From positions 119,356,581-119,420,580 of the forward strand of contig NC_068984.1 of the NCBI RefSeq assembly GCF_001194135.2: a DNA stretch of 64,000 bases. Reading direction: 5' to 3'. The number at the start of each line of letters is the position of its first letter. The stretch's first letter is position 1. Shown here in pieces: positions 63,407 through 64,000 of the stretch. The stretch comes from Octopus bimaculoides (Eukaryota). The notes beneath the pieces are model-generated. The model was not told the origin of the DNA. It worked only from the letters and a program-made list of their open reading frames with translations, and did not search any database. Both the position numbers and the translations under genes were made by a program.

Positions 63407-64000
63407 CATGTACATACATACATGTATCTGAGTGTGGGTGTATATATATACATACATGTGTGTATGTGTGTGTGTGTGTATATCTATATACATATATATA
63501 TGTGTATGTGTGTGTGTATATAAGTATGTATATGTGTGTGTATGTATATATATATCAATGCACACATACATATGCACACACACACACACAAACACAAACA
63601 CATACAAATATACACATATATACAGATATATACAGAAAGAGAGAGGTAGACAGACAGATATATGGACATATTCACACCCAAATACAATATATACACATGC
63701 ACACACACACACACTTACACATACATGCAAAGAACAACAACAGCAACAACAAAAGTGGCAACAAAAATGAGCAGGCTAGTCAAGATTACACTACTAATCC
63801 AACATAGTAACTTAGTCTATGACTGCTGATTTGAAATGAACTGTGAAAATTTTGTTCAGAAGATAAAACTTACACTAAACAAGAAGAGATAAAAGTGTTG
63901 GCAAACCAAATCACTGTTTCTATAACTTACAAACATCATGTGCATTGCTGGTAAATCTAATTTAGTGTGTGTGTGTGTGTGTGGTATATATATATATATA

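Overview
Eukaryotic, repeat-dense, gap-rich DNA. The SINE/LINE/microsatellite content suggests a coleoid cephalopod (Octopus-like) draft assembly; this is inference. Only one host gene is supportable: three spliced minus-strand exons (24213-24363, 14778-14905, 7188-7387) that join in frame to encode the C-terminal ~160 aa of a BtpA/SgcQ-family TIM-barrel protein (C. elegans F13E9.13-like). Its 5' exons were not found. The rest is intronic or intergenic: RTE, R4/Dong, Tx1 and Penelope-like retroelement fragments, tRNA-derived modular SINEs, mariner/Tc1, hAT, TTAA-type and Helitron-like DNA elements, microsatellites and assembly gaps. The most notable observations are: (1) a near-intact type I hammerhead ribozyme in a Penelope-like terminal repeat (37002-37090); (2) a tRNA-headed SINE with a decayed hammerhead-like tail (20914-21154); (3) a local retro-duplication of 41527-42139 into 27377-28094 with a perfect 61-bp target-site duplication at a TTTT/AA site; (4) a second 77-bp direct-repeat-flanked insert of non-repeat sequence ending in (GAT)n; (5) an ND4 NUMT; (6) a fold-back SINE pair. 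Most six-frame ORFs are microsatellite, SINE or N-gap artefacts. No CRISPR or prokaryotic system is present. Boundaries of degenerate repeats are approximate.
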